A stretch of DNA of 64,000 bases, taken from positions 18,848,001 through 18,912,000 of the forward strand of contig NC_058369.1 in assembly GCF_018350175.1 (NCBI RefSeq), in the 5' to 3' direction. The stretch is from Felis catus (lineage: Eukaryota). Below the pieces are notes generated by a model. It was not told the DNA's origin. It searched no databases and saw only the letters and a program-made list of their open reading frames with translations. Positions 62,761 to 64,000 of the stretch are shown here, in pieces. The stretch's first letter is position 1; every line of letters begins with the position of its first letter. The position numbers and the translations under genes were made by a program.

Positions 62761-63709
62761 TCAGCTCTGAGTGATTTTAGAAAGATGGACACAGGTCTAA
62801 CCACTCAGGACACCCTAAGCTCACTCTTGGCTTTATTCAAGCAAGTTATGATGATCCCTCAGTTTGGAGGTGGCAAGGCCTGTACCCTGACTTTAGCTCT
62901 TAGCTCCCAAGAGGATCAGCATGCCTCCGAACTGTACTAGGGTTGGAATTTTAGAAGCCCAGATGCTTCACGGAACAGTGACTAACAAACCCTTTTTCTG
63001 ATTTCCACATCAGAGAAGTTATCTTTGGAGTCCTCCCTGAGTAAGAGCAGCATCCCTGGTGAATTCACCTGGGCAAGTCAAGGCTGGAACAATTCTTCCT
63101 ATGAGTTCTCATGCTTAACTCTTTTTTAGCAGTGTTAATACCCTCTCCCCAGAAGAAACCTTCTGTAAAGCCCCATGATATAAAGCTTATTTTTCCACCT
63201 GAAGTAGACCCAGAGTGAAGTTCTTTGAGCCTATGTGGAAAGCACAGGTGTTGTTCACAGGGAGGAGGAATCGACACAAAGGGTAGCATAGAATCTTTGT
63301 GCAATGCCCACCCTGCACCCTCTCCCCAACTCTGGGAAGCCCACTTTGGCCATGGGCCAGGTCTCTACCTACGGTGGTTGCCCCATGGTGGCCTCCAGTT
63401 GTATGCCTAAGTCAAGACAAGGGCTCTTGTTCAACAGGACTTGTTAGAACAGCAGCCCAGAGGTTATTCTCTGGCACAAGCCCAGGAAAGGACTCCCCAT
63501 CCATAAGGATTTCTAGAGTCTGGAGGACCCGCCACAATCAAGGAACACACAGTGGTAAAGGATGATCTGCACTCTCAGCCCAAGCAATCCTCATGGCACT
63601 GAGCACAGACCAATACCTGTGAACCTGCTCCCAGCCTCTTCCCTCCCCATTGCCTTCCAGGGGCCCCTCCCCAGTAAGACAGAGGAAGCAACGGCGAGAG
63701 GATGGCCAG

Positions 63710-64000
63710 AGGCTTTGGCAGGGTGACATTTATTTGCCAGGTTCAGCAGGCACACAGTTAGCCTACCAACCTTCATACACCAGAGCAGACCCACAGGCAT
63801 GCAGGGAGAAGGGCAGGACTGACACTGGAGTGCCGAGCAAAGGCCGGGACCAGTGTGGCTGCCTGCCCAAGCTGTGGTGGGGTCTGACAAAGGGCACCTG
63901 CCAGGAGCCTCGATCAGGAAACGGGGAAGCCTTATTCCACTTCCTCATCCCAGAAAAAGCAACTCAGCATGGCTCAGAGGCACCTGGGCCTCTGTTTCAG
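63710..64000 (-). other. CAMKV: Probable 3' UTR end and poly(A) signal of CAMKV
   Basis: Minus-strand AATAAA at 63729-63734 in unique sequence about 1.4 kb upstream of the TRAIP promoter. Identity is from synteny only; no coding sequence is in the window. Confidence 0.5.

Noticed and set aside
1-64000. CRISPR arrays, operons or prokaryotic defence systems
   Set aside because: The sequence is mammalian, and there are no regularly spaced repeat-spacer arrays.

Overview
Mammalian genomic DNA. The abundant tRNA-derived carnivore SINEs (SINEC_Fc-like) point to a felid or other feliform. The window is syntenic to human 3p21.31. In order it holds: the 5' end of IP6K1 (-, non-coding exon 1 plus intron 1, inferred from synteny), CDHR4 (-, 19 exons, 787/788 aa), INKA1/FAM212A (+, 2 exons, 280 aa), UBA7 (-, 24 exons, 1012 aa), TRAIP (-, 15 exons, 469 aa) and probably the 3' end of CAMKV (-). 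I rebuilt all four complete genes exon by exon; they have GT-AG junctions, consistent phases and open frames. Structures not visible in the ORF track: an SNRPG (Sm G) processed pseudogene nested in an L1 3' end and split by a SINE; a U12-type last intron in TRAIP; a tandem ISRE/IRF array upstream of UBA7; an apparently L2-derived UBA7 poly(A) signal; and several nested transposon insertions with intact target-site duplications. I found no convincing evidence of a wholly new biological system. Comparisons with human sequences are from memory and need checking by alignment.
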